Shown: positions 16,707 through 28,900, counted from the stretch's first letter. The stretch: 64,000 bases of DNA from Chloroflexota bacterium (GCA_025358515.1 JANYJG010000061.1:18113-82112), one strand, 5' to 3'. Translations and numbers: made by a program. Notes: generated by a model not told the origin, from the sequence alone.

Positions 16707-17360
16707 ATGGGCGACCAGTCCTTCGTTTCGCCCGAAATGCGGGCGCGCATCCGCGGCGCAGTTACTCCCATCGCCCTCGGCGCGGGCAAACTCGGGCTCA
16801 CGCCCAACGGCCTGACCGTCATCGGCTTTCTAATTTCGGGCATAGCTGCCGGTGCGGCCGCCGCTCAACTCTGGCTCGCGGCCGCGGCGCTCGTCCTGTT
16901 CGGCGGCTCCTTCGACATGCTCGATGGTGGCCTCGCCCGCGCCCAGAACCGGGTGACGCGCTTTGGGGCATTCCTCGACTCGACCCTGGACCGCTGGGGC
17001 GAAGGAGTCATTTACATCGGGATCGTCGCCGGTACTTCGTCTGCCGGCTTTGTCGTGGGGGCTGTCCTGGCAGCCGCCGCGGCCGTGTCCAGCTTCCAGG
17101 TCAGTTACACCCGGGCCAAGGCCGAGAGCCTCAAGCTGCACGGCGAGGTGGGCATCGCCCCTCGCGCCGAGCGGCTCGTCGTCTTGACCATCGGCCTTGT
17201 CCTGGCGGGCCTCGACGGAGGCCTCGTCAACGGCGCTCGCGGCCAGACATGGCTGTCGATCGCCCTGGGCATCATCGTCGTCACGGCCAGCATCACCGCC
17301 ATCCAGCGCACATGGCACGTACGCACGCAGCTTCGCATTGAGGAGCAAGGAGCAAAGTGA
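16707..17360 (+). CDS. CDP-alcohol phosphatidyltransferase, phosphatidylinositol-phosphate synthase type (PgsA1-like)
   Basis: ATG 16707. Motif [30 protein letters not shown] matches D-x2-DG-x2-AR...G-x3-D-x3-D. It is immediately followed by inositol-1-P synthase. Confidence 0.8.
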   Translation: MGDQSFVSPEMRARIRGAVTPIALGAGKLGLTPNGLTVIGFLISGIAAGAAAAQLWLAAAALVLFGGSFDMLDGGLARAQNRVTRFGAFLDSTLDRWGEGVIYIGIVAGTSSAGFVVGAVLAAAAAVSSFQVSYTRAKAESLKLHGEVGIAPRAERLVVLTIGLVLAGLDGGLVNGARGQTWLSIALGIIVVTASITAIQRTWHVRTQLRIEEQGAK

Positions 17361-18625
17361 CCGAGAACATCAGCAGCGACGCCGCCAACGCGGGCCACGC
17401 CGGCGTGGCTTCGGCGCCGGTCAGCGGCACCGTCCGCACCCCCGCCCGGGGCAAGAAGATCCGCGTCGCCATCGTCGGCGTGGGCAACTGCGCCAGCAGC
17501 CTGGTTCAGGGCCGCTACTACTACGAGAACGCGGCCGAGGATGACTTCATTCCGGGCCTGATGCACGTCAATCTGGGCGGCTACCACGTTCGGGACATCG
17601 AGTTCGTGGCCGCCTTCGACATCGACAAGAACAAGGTCGGCAAGGACCTTTCCGAAGCGATCTACACCAAGCCGAACAACACGATTGTCTTCCACAAGGT
17701 ACAGAACCTCGGCGTCAAGGTCGAGCGCGGCATGACCCACGACGGTCTTGGCAAGTACCTCTCTCAGATCATCGAGAAGGCCCCCGGACCCACGGCCGAT
17801 GTCGTCGGTATCCTCAAGGAGCGCAAGGTCGACGTCGTCGTGTCGTACCTCCCGGTCGGCTCCGAGGAAGCGACCAAGTGGTACGTGGAGCAGGCTCTGC
17901 AGGCCGGCGTCGCCTTCGTCAACTGCATCCCGGTCTTCATCGGTCGCGAGCCGTACTGGCAGCGCCGCTTCGCCGAGAAGGGCCTGCCGATCATCGGTGA
18001 CGACATCAAGAGCCAGGTCGGCGCGACCATCACCCATCGCGTCATGACCCGCCTGTTCATGGATCGCGGCGTCCGTCTGGACCGAACCTACCAGCTCAAC
18101 TTCGGCGGCAACACCGACTTCCTCAACATGCTCGAGCGCGAGCGCCTGGAGTCCAAGAAGATCTCCAAGACGAACGCGGTCACTTCGATGCTCGACTACG
18201 ACATCGACCCGGACAATATCCACGTCGGCCCGAGCGACCACGTGCCGTGGCTGCTCGACCGCAAGTACTGCTACATCGTCATGGAGGGCACGACGTTCGG
18301 CGACGTGCCGCTCAAGTGCGAGCTCAAGCTCGAAGTCTGGGACAGCCCGAACAGTGCCGGCGTCGTCATCGACGCGATCCGCTGCCTGCGGCTGGGCCTC
18401 GATCGGGGCCTCAAGGGAACCCTCGTGGCCCCGTCCAGCTACTTCATGAAGAGTCCGCCGATGCAGATCCACGACGATATCGCCTTCAACCGCCTCGAGG
18501 CCTTCATCCGCGGCGAGGACAACGAGACCCTCGTCGGCACGGAGACTATCGCCAAGAAGGTCAAGAAGGCGGCCCCGCGTAGCGGCGGGAAAGTGGTGGC
18601 TCCTGCATCGGCCGAGGGCCGGTGA
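17357..18625 (+). CDS. ino1: myo-Inositol-1-phosphate synthase
   Basis: 422 aa. [18 protein letters not shown] Rossmann start and the overall actinobacterial/archaeal-type MIPS pattern. GTGA overlap with the upstream gene. Confidence 0.93.
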   Translation: MTENISSDAANAGHAGVASAPVSGTVRTPARGKKIRVAIVGVGNCASSLVQGRYYYENAAEDDFIPGLMHVNLGGYHVRDIEFVAAFDIDKNKVGKDLSEAIYTKPNNTIVFHKVQNLGVKVERGMTHDGLGKYLSQIIEKAPGPTADVVGILKERKVDVVVSYLPVGSEEATKWYVEQALQAGVAFVNCIPVFIGREPYWQRRFAEKGLPIIGDDIKSQVGATITHRVMTRLFMDRGVRLDRTYQLNFGGNTDFLNMLERERLESKKISKTNAVTSMLDYDIDPDNIHVGPSDHVPWLLDRKYCYIVMEGTTFGDVPLKCELKLEVWDSPNSAGVVIDAIRCLRLGLDRGLKGTLVAPSSYFMKSPPMQIHDDIAFNRLEAFIRGEDNETLVGTETIAKKVKKAAPRSGGKVVAPASAEGR

Positions 18626-19776
18626 CAGGGGGAGACCCCACCGCGGCAAAGACGGTAGTCGAGTCCGAGACGGACGAGGCGGCGCCCACCCGGCGCCGCC
18701 CGTCCGCCCAACACGAAACCGGCGCTGCCACGGGTGAGGGCAAATCGGGCTCCAAGGCGCTGGAGGCTCCCCATCGCCGTCAGCAGGAGACGCTTTCGAC
18801 ACGCATCGCGGGTGAGGTACTCGCGAGGGTTTGGCGAACCGGTTCCTGGGTCATGGGCCACGTCCCGCCTGGGCCGGCCTATCGAATAGGTAGCGCGCTG
18901 GTGATGATCGGCTATGCCGCCAGTCCGACGCAACGTCGCTGGCTTCGGACTAACTTCGGCCACGTTCTGGGCGTATCGCCCAACGACGCCGCCGCGGGAA
19001 GAATGGCCCGCGAGGCCTACCGCAATTACGCCCGCTACATAATGGAATTGATGCGCCTGCCGTGGCTGAGCCGCGAGCAGACCGACAAGCTCTTGGAGGT
19101 CCAGAGCCTCGACCGGTTCCTCGAAACAGCACGCACGAGCGACGGCATGATCATGGCCGCCGCGCATCTTGGCAACAACGAGGCCGGCGGCGCGGGATTC
19201 GTCAAGCAAGGGCTCCAAATCAGCGTGGTCGGCGACGACACGGCATACCAGGCTTTGTACGACCTCTTCGCCCGCCAGCGTGGCAGCTGGGGCCTGAAGA
19301 TGATCTCCTGGCGGAACCTGAGAGGCGTTTACAGCGCGCTCCGAAAGAAAGACGCGTTGGTTCTTCTTGTCGACTGGGGCTACCGCCCGGACGGAATCCC
19401 GGTGAAGATGTTCGGCGCGTGGACGACGCTCCCTGCCGGACCCGCGATTCTGGCCGCCAGGTTCGGCTGCCCGATCGTGCCATTCATGATCAACCGGCTC
19501 GCCGACGGGACCTTCCAGGCCAAGACCCACGACCCGATCTTGGTGCCCTCCAATGCTCCGGCCGAACTGGCGAAAGCCACTCAGGCGATGGCCACGGCGC
19601 TGGAGGAGTACATCGCGCAGGCGCCGGGGCAGTGGTACATCTTCAAGCCGATCTGGCCCGCTACCGAGCAGGAGCAGCAGCAGCTCGCCGCCCGCCATGA
19701 GGCGATGCTGGCCGAGACGTTGAGCAAGACCGGCGATGGCGCAACTGGCGCCCGAGCGGATCGCCGGAGTCGATGA
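18622..19776 (+). CDS. Lysophospholipid/lipid A-type (HtrB/LpxL family) acyltransferase, PatA-like, copy 1
   Basis: After a low-complexity N-terminus of about 60 aa comes an HtrB-like domain ([12 protein letters not shown] ... [39 protein letters not shown]). The start is coupled to the ino1 stop. Confidence 0.75.
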   Translation: MTGGDPTAAKTVVESETDEAAPTRRRPSAQHETGAATGEGKSGSKALEAPHRRQQETLSTRIAGEVLARVWRTGSWVMGHVPPGPAYRIGSALVMIGYAASPTQRRWLRTNFGHVLGVSPNDAAAGRMAREAYRNYARYIMELMRLPWLSREQTDKLLEVQSLDRFLETARTSDGMIMAAAHLGNNEAGGAGFVKQGLQISVVGDDTAYQALYDLFARQRGSWGLKMISWRNLRGVYSALRKKDALVLLVDWGYRPDGIPVKMFGAWTTLPAGPAILAARFGCPIVPFMINRLADGTFQAKTHDPILVPSNAPAELAKATQAMATALEEYIAQAPGQWYIFKPIWPATEQEQQQLAARHEAMLAETLSKTGDGATGARADRRSR

Positions 19777-20795
19777 CCTCGACGATTGGGGTCGAGCACT
19801 CCGGGCTGCGTCGGCGTCTGTCCGACTGGTTGGTCGCCACGATTGTGATCGCCGTCCTCAAGCTCATCTGCCACCTACCGGAAGCGCCCTTATGGCGCAT
19901 CGCCGACCTCGCCGGAGGGGTTGCCTATCGGATTTCTCGGACTCGGCGCAACCGCGCCCGCCGCAACCTCCGCCGCGTTGTGGAGTGGATGGCGGCCAAT
20001 GCCGTCGGCGAGGAACGCTATCGCCACGCCGCCACGGATCCGCGCGCGCTGGAGAACCTGGTCTGCTCGGCGTTCCGCAACCACGCCCGCTACTACGTCG
20101 AAATGGCCCGGGCACCGCTCTTCACGTCCGCGTGGGTGGCGGACCGACTCGTCATCGAAACGCCGGAAGCGGTGGACCTGTGGCTGACGGATCGCCGAGC
20201 GCTGATCCTTCTGGGGATGCATTTCGGGCCGATCGAGATGCCGGGGTTCTACGCCGTGCACCGCCTCGGCCAGATCGTGGCTCCGATGGAGACCGTCGCC
20301 AACGCTCGGATCCAGCGCTACGTCGAATCCACCCGCGGCACCATCGGCGTGCGCATCGTCACTGTGGAGGAGGCAGGCAAGGAGCTCCTGGCGACGCTTC
20401 GCAAAGACTGCCCGGTCGGATTGATCGCAGATAGGGACCTGACCGGCGGCGGGCTGGAGGTGCAATTGTTCGGCGCCAGCACGAGGATCCCCGCCGGGCC
20501 GGTGCTGCTGGCTGTGGAGACCGGCGCCCCGATCTACGTTTCCGGCGTGCGCCGTACCGGCCCGGGCCGTTATCTTGGCAATGTCCGTCAGGTGACGGTG
20601 CCGGAGGGCATGAGCCGGCGAGAACGTAGTCGGGCGATGGTTCGCGACGAGGCCCGAATTTTTGAGTTGATAATCGCGGACGCGCCCGAACAATGGCTGG
20701 CCGTTTTCCATCCAATCTGGTCGGACCTCGAGACGACCGCCCGGACGGGAAAGCTCGGCGTTGCCGCTGGTGGCCGAACCGGAGAAGCTGCGTGA
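19773..20795 (+). CDS. HtrB/LpxL-family acyltransferase, PatA-like, copy 2
   Basis: ILLGMHFGPIEMPG ... LIADRDLTGGGLEVQLFGASTRIPAGPVLLAVETGAPIYV. ATGA overlap with copy 1. Confidence 0.8.
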   Translation: MTSTIGVEHSGLRRRLSDWLVATIVIAVLKLICHLPEAPLWRIADLAGGVAYRISRTRRNRARRNLRRVVEWMAANAVGEERYRHAATDPRALENLVCSAFRNHARYYVEMARAPLFTSAWVADRLVIETPEAVDLWLTDRRALILLGMHFGPIEMPGFYAVHRLGQIVAPMETVANARIQRYVESTRGTIGVRIVTVEEAGKELLATLRKDCPVGLIADRDLTGGGLEVQLFGASTRIPAGPVLLAVETGAPIYVSGVRRTGPGRYLGNVRQVTVPEGMSRRERSRAMVRDEARIFELIIADAPEQWLAVFHPIWSDLETTARTGKLGVAAGGRTGEAA

Positions 20796-20797
20796 CC

Positions 20798-21679
20798 ATG
20801 GGCGACGAGCCAGGGCTCGGCAAGGCAGACATGCATATACATTCGATGGCCTCGGATGGAACGGCATCTGCAGCCGAGATTCTCGACTACGTCGAGCGAA
20901 GCACGGATCTGGACGTGATCGCAATTGCGGATCACGAACGGATCGAAGCCGCGGTGGAGTGCCGACGCTTGGCACTGGAGCGCGGCAGCCGGATCCAGGT
21001 GGTGGTGGCAGAGGAAGTCACGACGCGCAGCGGCCACCTCCTCGGAGTGTTCCTACAGGCTCGCCTTCGGCGGAACCAGCGCCTCGAGATCACGGTCGCC
21101 GAAATCCACGAGCAAGGCGGCCTGGCGATCGTGCCGCACCCGTTCTCGGCCTTCACCCGGGGCATGCGCAAACACGCCATCCTGCGCATCCACGAGTCCT
21201 CTGATCCGCTCCTCTACTGGGACGCGCTGGAGGGATTCAACCCGTCAACTGCCGGCAGGTACGGCCGGGCCGCCACCGCCAGGCTGGCCGCGGTACTGGG
21301 CTTGCCGCTGGTGGGGAACAGCGACGGCCACACCCTGGATACGATCGGCGATGGCCGAACCTTCTTCCCGGGCTCCACGGCAGACGACTACCGACGAGCC
21401 ATCCGGGAGGGGACGACGACCGGCAGTTGCGTGGACTGGGGTTTCCCGCGCGAGGCTATGATCTACGGCCGCCAGGTCCGCAAGCAAGTCCGCGACGTGT
21501 CGCGCTGGGGCCGCCGGACGGTTTTGCGAGATGGCACGCCGCGGGACCTGGGTGTGCCGATGGACCAGCTGGAGCTTCAGCATCAGATCGAGGCCGAGTA
21601 CCTGGCGAGGGACCGAAGCCAGGCCCAGCCGATGATCGCCGCGGGCGATCGACGTGAAGCTGAGGAGCCGCCCGCGTGA
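20798..21679 (+). CDS. PHP-domain metal-dependent phosphoesterase
   Basis: ATG 20798. ADMHIHSMASDG, IAIADHERIE and AIVPHPFS are the His/Asp-rich motifs of the PHP (polymerase/histidinol phosphatase) fold. Confidence 0.85.
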   Translation: MGDEPGLGKADMHIHSMASDGTASAAEILDYVERSTDLDVIAIADHERIEAAVECRRLALERGSRIQVVVAEEVTTRSGHLLGVFLQARLRRNQRLEITVAEIHEQGGLAIVPHPFSAFTRGMRKHAILRIHESSDPLLYWDALEGFNPSTAGRYGRAATARLAAVLGLPLVGNSDGHTLDTIGDGRTFFPGSTADDYRRAIREGTTTGSCVDWGFPREAMIYGRQVRKQVRDVSRWGRRTVLRDGTPRDLGVPMDQLELQHQIEAEYLARDRSQAQPMIAAGDRREAEEPPA

Positions 21680-22851
21680 AGATCGGGCTCGTGACGCCGT
21701 ACGTCTACCCGGTCCCCGGCGGGGTCAACGAGCACGTCCGCTTCCTGTACGAAAACCTGCGCATGCACGGCCACGACGTGCGCATCATCACCAGCAGCCA
21801 CGGGCTGCAGCGGGCCTCCGAGGGCGACGTAATCCGGATCGGCAAGGGCTTCAGCGTGCCCAGCAACGGCTCGGTGGGCACGATCACGATTTCGCCACGC
21901 TATGTCTCGCAGGTCAATGCGGTGCTCGCACAGGAGCAGTTCGACCTGCTGCATTTCCACGAGCCCTTCGTTCCGTTTCTGTCCCTAATCACCCTCCGCC
22001 AGTCGACCAGCGTGAACATCGCCACTTTCCACGCCTACGCCGGCTTCTCACCGGCGATGGAACTCGGCAGCAAGACGCTCCAGGGCTACGCTCGCAAGCT
22101 GCACGGTCGCATCGCCGTCAGCGCCGCGGCACGCCATTTCGTGGACCGCTTCTTCCCGGGCGATTACAAGATCATCCCCAACGGCGTGAACCTTGGCCGC
22201 TTCCAGCGTGCTGTGCCGTTGGCCCGGTGGCAGGACGGGACGCCCAACCTGCTCTTCGTCGGCCGGCTCGAGGACCGCAAGGGCCTGATCCATCTCCTCA
22301 AGGCTTTTCGGCTGATCCGAAAGGCCGACACCGACTGCCGCCTTCTCGTCGTGGGCTCCGGTCCGCAGGAACGCGAGATGCGTCGCTACGTGCTGACTCG
22401 CGGCCTCGGGAATGTTGAGTTCCTTGGCCGCGTCAGCGATGCGGAAAAAGCCCAGCTATTCCGAACCGCGGACGTTTTCGTCTCGCCTGCGACACGAGGA
22501 GAGTCGTTCGGAATCGTGCTGCTGGAGGCAATGGCGGCCGGCACCCCGATAGTCTGCAGCGACATTCACGGCTACAAGGGCGTTGTCCAGCGGGGCAGCC
22601 AAGCTTTGCTCGTCCCCCCGCGCGACCCCAAGGCTTTGGCGGCGGCGATTTCCGAACTCCTGGCCGATCCGGCGTTGCGCACCACAATGGGCGCCAGCGG
22701 CCAGGCGCGGGCCGAGCAGTTCAGCTGGGAGCACGTCACGGCCAGGGTCGAGGCGTACTACTCGTTCGTGATCCGCCGGCTGGCGGCACAGGGCCAGTTG
22801 CCGCCGGGTTTCCACGCCGATCCGAATCCGGCGACGCGCCCAGTCGATTAG
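21676..22851 (+). CDS. pimA: GT4 glycosyltransferase, phosphatidylinositol alpha-mannosyltransferase (PimA)-like
   Basis: MKIGLVTPYVYPVPGGVNEHVRFLYENLRMHGHDVRIITSS resembles my recollection of the PimA N-terminus. E-x7-E region: ESFGIVLLEAMAAGTPIV. GTGA overlap with the PHP gene. Confidence 0.8.
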   Translation: MKIGLVTPYVYPVPGGVNEHVRFLYENLRMHGHDVRIITSSHGLQRASEGDVIRIGKGFSVPSNGSVGTITISPRYVSQVNAVLAQEQFDLLHFHEPFVPFLSLITLRQSTSVNIATFHAYAGFSPAMELGSKTLQGYARKLHGRIAVSAAARHFVDRFFPGDYKIIPNGVNLGRFQRAVPLARWQDGTPNLLFVGRLEDRKGLIHLLKAFRLIRKADTDCRLLVVGSGPQEREMRRYVLTRGLGNVEFLGRVSDAEKAQLFRTADVFVSPATRGESFGIVLLEAMAAGTPIVCSDIHGYKGVVQRGSQALLVPPRDPKALAAAISELLADPALRTTMGASGQARAEQFSWEHVTARVEAYYSFVIRRLAAQGQLPPGFHADPNPATRPVD

Positions 22852-22894
22852 AGAACGGCAGACGTTCGGCCGGCGGCAACGGATTGTCGGCCTT

Positions 22895-22938
22895 CGGCTC
22901 ACGTTCGGCCGGCGTTCGGCTCACGTTCGGCCGGCGTT
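22895..22938. repeat. 22-bp tandem duplication CGGCTCACGTTCGGCCGGCGTT x2 in a convergent intergenic spacer
   Basis: Seen directly. A related ACGTTCGGCCGGCGGCAACGG lies at 22862. Confidence 0.8.
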
Positions 22939-22948
22939 GGCGGGGCGT

Positions 22949-25900
22949 CTAGGAGATGGGCGCGGAACCGGAATCGCTCGGCCCCGCCGAATCGTTCGGC
23001 TCCGTTGGATCGGCCGGCGGCAACGGATCGGCGGGCGGCAACGGATCGGCGGGCGGCAACGGACCGGCCGGCGGCAACGGACCGGCGTGCGGCTCGTCGA
23101 TGGCCCCGGGCGGCTCGTCGATGAGCCCGGGCGGCTCGTCCTCAAGTGCTCCGTCGGCCAGGCCGTGGCGGCGGAGGCCCATAAGGACCCGCCGCTCCCA
23201 GGCCGCCCAGCCCACGATCGCGGCAAGAATCAGGGCCACGGTCGCGAGAGCCACACTGTTCGCATCGATCAGCTTTACGGACGCCGATGGCTGCAGGTTC
23301 ACCGAGAACTGGAAGCCGTAGAACCAGGTCGGCAGGAAGCCCTGGTAGATGCCCATGATCTTGTTAGGCATCGGCAGAGCGGACAGGTCCGGATAGAGAG
23401 CCAGGAAGACCACGACGGCCATAACGCACAGACCCCACACGAACCGACGCGGGTTGCGCGAGGCGAGGACGATCGGCGCCGCCACCAGCCCGACCGCGAG
23501 CATCAGGAGTGCGATCAGGTCTGGCGGAAGTGCTGCGTGGAAGACCTCGAAGCTCGGGCCATACTGGCCAATCAACCATAGCAACGCACCGGCGATCAGG
23601 ACCGGCACTATAAGTTGCAGGATCCAGCCGTTGCCTTCTTCGCCCTCCTCCTGGCGCCGCTCGGCCCTGAACAGCACGATAGCCAGCACGGCCAGGGCCA
23701 CGAGCAGGACGACCACAATCAAGATGTGCCGCGCCTCCAGGTGAACGTCGCCCGTGCCGGCGCCGCACGCGCTGGCGCCATAGGTGTCGAGCGCGTTGAC
23801 GCGGGCCAAGCTGCACAGCGGCGCCTTGAACAGCCACAGCGCGGCCGGGAACAGGAACGCCGCAGCTGCACTGAATCTGGCCAGCAGCCATGTCTTCCTC
23901 GATGGTCCGTGCCAGATTTCCGCCATGAAGTACGCCAGGGCCAATAAGAAGAAGGGCAAGGCTGTGTAGAAGTGGTATTGGAATGCGGCCCGGTCAATGC
24001 GCGACCACGACAGCCATTGCCAGAAGAAGGCCATGGCTACGAGTGTTAAGCCCAGGCTGCGACGCTTGAAGGCCTGCCAACAGATGAACGCGATGGCGAA
24101 TATGGCCATCCACCACAGGGCCGGGTTGCCGCCGTCGTGGATCCATGAACCGTTGTCCGGTCCGTATCCGATGCTCTCGAACCAGACGGGCTTGAGGTCC
24201 AGCGGCCAGGCCCACCACGGCGACGACGCCGCGTGCGCCGCCCGCAGGTCGTTGTGGTACGTGTACATCTGTTGGGTCAGGTCCCACAGCGTATTGCCGG
24301 TGTGGCCTGCCGGAAACGCCTGATCGCAATAATTCTTGGAGGAGTCGGTCGGGTTTTCGTAGTCGTGGTGGTAGTGGAGGCACCAGATCACCGGCAGCGG
24401 GCCGGTTCCAACGGTCTGGCCGCTCGCCGTCTGCGTTAGCGGGATCTCCTTTTGCCAGGGCATTGCCCACGGCAGGTACATGACGATGTAGACGATGAAC
24501 GGCAGGACGAGCAAGCTGCCGACCATCCACACTGCCGGCAGTCCGAAACCCGAACCCAGCCGCAGCCAGCCCTTTGGCGGCGGCGCGGGCGGCTCGGCGA
24601 ACGAGGCCGGGTCGTCGGGCGCCGGCGGCTGGGCCAGCGGCCCAAAGCCCATCCTGCCCGCAACGGTGAACCCGACCGCTGCCAGAATTCCCACACCAAC
24701 GCCGCCGAGGCCGAGCTGGAGAAGAGAGCTGCTGCCGCGCGCGGCCCCGAGGATCAGGGCGCCACCACCCAGCAGCAGGGGCGCGAAGATCGCGAAGAAG
24801 AACTCCTCGCGCGTCCAGGCGATGGGGTGGTAGGCGTTGGCCGCGGCGGCGATGGCGGTGATGGTCAGCATGATCAGGAAGAACGTGTAGTTGGGCGCCC
24901 CGTTCTGGATCGTTCCGGCCGTGAACAGCAGCGATGCTCCGCCCAAGCCAGCCGCCATCGCGAGGGCGACTCCCACGACCAGGACCTTGTCCGGCGTGGC
25001 ACGGAAGCGTCCCGACAGCCAAACGCCGCCAACCGCAACGACGGCAGCCGCCGCCAGCAGCAACATCACCGTATTGGTGTTGCCCGTATTTGGGACGGTG
25101 TTCATCTCACCGATCGCCATCCAACCCAGCAATCCCGTGCCGGCGGCCATTCCCAGGATGGTGATGAGACGGCCCAGGGCCGATCGGATAAGGATCAGGA
25201 TGCCGATGCTGGCCATTGCGTAGGCGGCAACCCACTTGGAAGCAAGGGCCACACCCAGGATCAGCCCGATCGTGGGCATGGCCAGCCAGAACGCGAATCG
25301 ATGCTTCCAGACGCCGAGCCACAGCAGCGCAAACAGCAGGTATGCCAGTAACAAGAAGCCGCCGACGTACGTGTCGTTCATGGCAATTCGCGATTGAACG
25401 AAGAACATGCCATCGACCAGCGAGAAGAAGGCCACCAGGAGCGCGACCGAGCGGCGCCGAAACAGCACCCGGGCCAGCAGGAACAGGCAAGCCGCCATCA
25501 GCGCGCCGAACAAGACTCCGACGATGCGCCAGGAGAAGGCAAAGTGGCCGACGTCCACGGAAGCCATCGAGCCATCGGCCGCGAACGCCAGCATCTGCTC
25601 GCGATCGGTGTCCGGCATGGGTGCGGTCGAGTCGAGGCCAATCGCCACCGGCGCAAACGGCAGCCGGGCGTCCTGGAAAACGGCGTTGCCGTTCATCTCG
25701 ATTGAGTACAGCGTCCAGCCCTTGCCGTCCGGAGTCCGGCCCAGCGCCTGGGCGATGCGAGTCGCGTCGTCGATAACGACCTTGGTTACCGCACCCGGCA
25801 TCTTGCGCAGCGGCTGGAAAGAGTCAGGGCTGACGGTTCCGAGGGTGCTGTCGGCCTTTATCAGGACCATCGAGTCGCCGGCGGCAACGTAGGACTGCTG

Positions 25901-28900
25901 ACTGGTGTCGGTGTTGATCGCAATCGAAGTCGCCGGCTGGGACGTCTTCATGGTGGAGCCGAGGACGATGTTACGGGCATCCAGTACGCCGACGCCGTCG
26001 GCGTACGCCACCAGGACCCTTGGGCTGCCGGCCTCTACCGCGAAACCTTTCAGCTGACCGCTCGCGATCGCGGCTGTGACCTTGGAAATCTGGTCCGCAG
26101 TAATGGAGCCCAGCGGTACTGCCTCCTGGGAGGAAGAGACCGCCATCGAATCGAGGGCGGCCTGCACCACCGTCGGATCCATCCCGAGAGCAGTCGCCAG
26201 AGCCTTCGCTTCGGCCGAGATTCCGGAGGCGGTTGGCGTCGGGCTCGGGGTCGTGGAGGGGCCGGGGGTCGATGGCAAACGCGCGATCGACGCCGACCCC
26301 GCTCCGAAATCGACGAAGTCGGCCGCGCCGGGGACAACGCCGCTGCCGACCACCGCGCCGCCGTTTTGGTTCAGGTCTACCGAGACGATCTTCCCGGCGG
26401 AATCGGTCGCCAGGAGCAAGGGCGGCGTTCCGGCATACAGGTGCGCGATCGTAATCCCGGTCTTGGCGGGCAGTTCAGCCGGAGCAGTTGGCGTAGCCGT
26501 GGCGCCAAGGCGCACGCTATCGAGGTCGCCGGTAGCGATCCGGAAGATCCGGCCGCTCGACGTCCCGACATAAATTGCGCCGGTGCTCGGGACCAGACTG
26601 AGGGCTGACGCGCCCGCAACCTTGTAGGTATAGACGGGCGCTCGGGTCTGCAAGTCGTAGGCGATTACCTCGCCGCCGCCAGCGTCCGTGGCGACGTACA
26701 CACGGTCACCCAGTCGAGCATCCGGGTTTGAGCGTGGGTCGTTCGTATCGGGTGGAACCGTAAGGTCTGTGGCGGCGTAGCGTGGCTGGACCAGGGCGTC
26801 CTTCACGCTGACGCCAAGAGTGTTGGTGGACGTGACCTTGTCGTTGGAGAAGAGAGCGATGCCGCCCGCAATCGCGTACTTCGCGACGTGCGGGTGCGTC
26901 CACTCGAAGAAGTCATGGGGGATGCCGTACTGCCATTCCTGCAGGAATTCGGTGGCCGTGCGGGCGTGGTAGACCTCGTCGAAGTGCATCTTGACCGGCT
27001 CGTCGAGGCGGTAGACACGCAGCGACAGGGTGGCGATCACGACAACGACGAGGATCCAAACGTCCAGCCGGTCGAAACGGCCCCGACCCTCGTGATCGAG
27101 GGCGTGCGACCTGTCCGCCTGATTCGGTCGCCGATACAGCCACCGCCAGAGCCGCATCACGAAGTGAGGGACCAGTTCCGGGCGGGGTCCGTGGAACCCG
27201 TCCCGCGGCTCTTCCTCGTCGGACTCAAAGGCGTAGTCGCCGCCCGGCCCGTAGCCTGGGCCCTCGTCGTTAGCGGCGGAGGCCACAACGGCGTCGGCCG
27301 GGACGGCGGCGCCGGCGCGCGAGGCGCCGACGGAAGTCTCATACGCGAGGTGCCGTTCGACATTCGATACGGCACGCGGTTCGGGCTCGCGTCCGGCGGC
27401 GAGCACTTCACGGGCCAGGCCGTCCGTCGCGCGGCTCCGCATCTGTAGAAGCGCCCAGATCATGACCAGCCCGGTCGTTATGCCGCACACCGCCACGACT
27501 AGGATGGTCCCGGTTGGCCACTCGGTCTGGTTCAGCCAATGGCCCCAGTCGATGAGGATCTGGGCGATCGGGCCGTCCTGAGCTGGAATCCCCGTGTTCT
27601 TAAGCGGGTCGCTGTATTGGACAATGACGGCCAGCAGGTTCGCGGCGTTGGCGATCGCCAGAACCACGTACACCACCGACCAGCGCCACGAAACGGCGAG
27701 CAGCACCGCCCCGATGCCAAAGAAGGGGAAGAGGTAGCGCTCGTGGACGCGGGTCGGGACTACGAAGAACGCGATCGCCAGAATCGCCAGAGCCACCAGC
27801 AGCGAACGGGAGTCGTCGCGCCAGGCCGCCCAGAGGCCGACCCCAAGAATGGTTGCCACCAGCAGTCCGTCGCCGAAGACGGCCGCCGGAATCCCGCCCC
27901 CGATCTGGCTGACGAGCACGAGCCCGATTAGGCCGGCCAGGACGATGCAGATGGCCGTCAGGCTGCCGAACTCTTGTCGCACTACGACCTGGAACCAGCC
28001 CGACCGACCGCGCGCGGTGGCGCCGTCGTCGGAGCCGGCGGCACCCTCGTCGGCACCGGTGGAAGGTCGGCTCCTCATCCGCACCCGGATGGCGATGACT
28101 ATTAGCACAACAACCAGCAGGGCCAGTGCGGCCAGGGTCTGCGCAGAAAACGGGCCGACATGGAATCCAGGCATGCTCTGGCCGGCTTGGTTCACCCAGG
28201 GAGAGTCCTGGATCCAGCTGTGGCCGCGATCCATCGCCTCGCCGGTATCGTTGACAACGAGGGCCCACGGGTTGTAGGCGTTGAGCGTTAGGTACGGGTA
28301 GCCGCCGAACGACGAGACCACGTGGCCGACGATCGAGTCGAAGACCATCGCCGAGAAGCCCACAACCGTCGTCGCGGCCAGACCGATCGAAATCGCGAGC
28401 TCGTTCCGAACCCCCAGGGCCGTCAGCTTCAGGCGAGCCAGAACGAAGACGCCGACCGCTGCCACGACGCCCACCGCAAAGGTCAGGGCACCCGGAACCG
28501 TGGCGAGTCGGTTTGCGATACCGGGCAGGTCGAGGCCCGTGAATGGCAGGCAGACGAGGGCTGCGGTCGCCAGGCCCGCGCCGATCGAGCTGATGACCCG
28601 GACCGGCTCCGCTCCCCCGGTGCGCGGGAACAAAGATCGCCGCAGGATCACGAACCCGACGATGAAACCGATGATGCCGAGCTGCAGCTTGGTCAACGTC
28701 GCCAGGACCGCCAGGGCTGACGCGGCCTCTCGCTTATCTCGCTGCAGTTCCAAGAGGCTCAGCAATAAGAAGATCGACCCGACCGAATCGGCCTGGCCCC
28801 AGATCGCACTGTTGAACCACGTGACGGGGTTGACCAGGACCACAACCAGGGCGATGAGGGCACGGCGCCGGGACGCACCCAGCTGGAGGACCATCTGCCA

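Noticed and set aside
16241-16843. 200-aa minus-strand ORF overlapping the arsR-type gene and the pgsA start (also 15996-16334 minus)
   Set aside because: It is antisense to two well-supported genes and spans the promoter/palindrome. No motifs are present.
23011-23082. Regularly spaced 18-bp repeats considered as a possible CRISPR-like array
   Set aside because: The units are directly adjacent with no spacers, too short for a CRISPR array, and in frame within the giant ORF, where they encode PLPPAx repeats.
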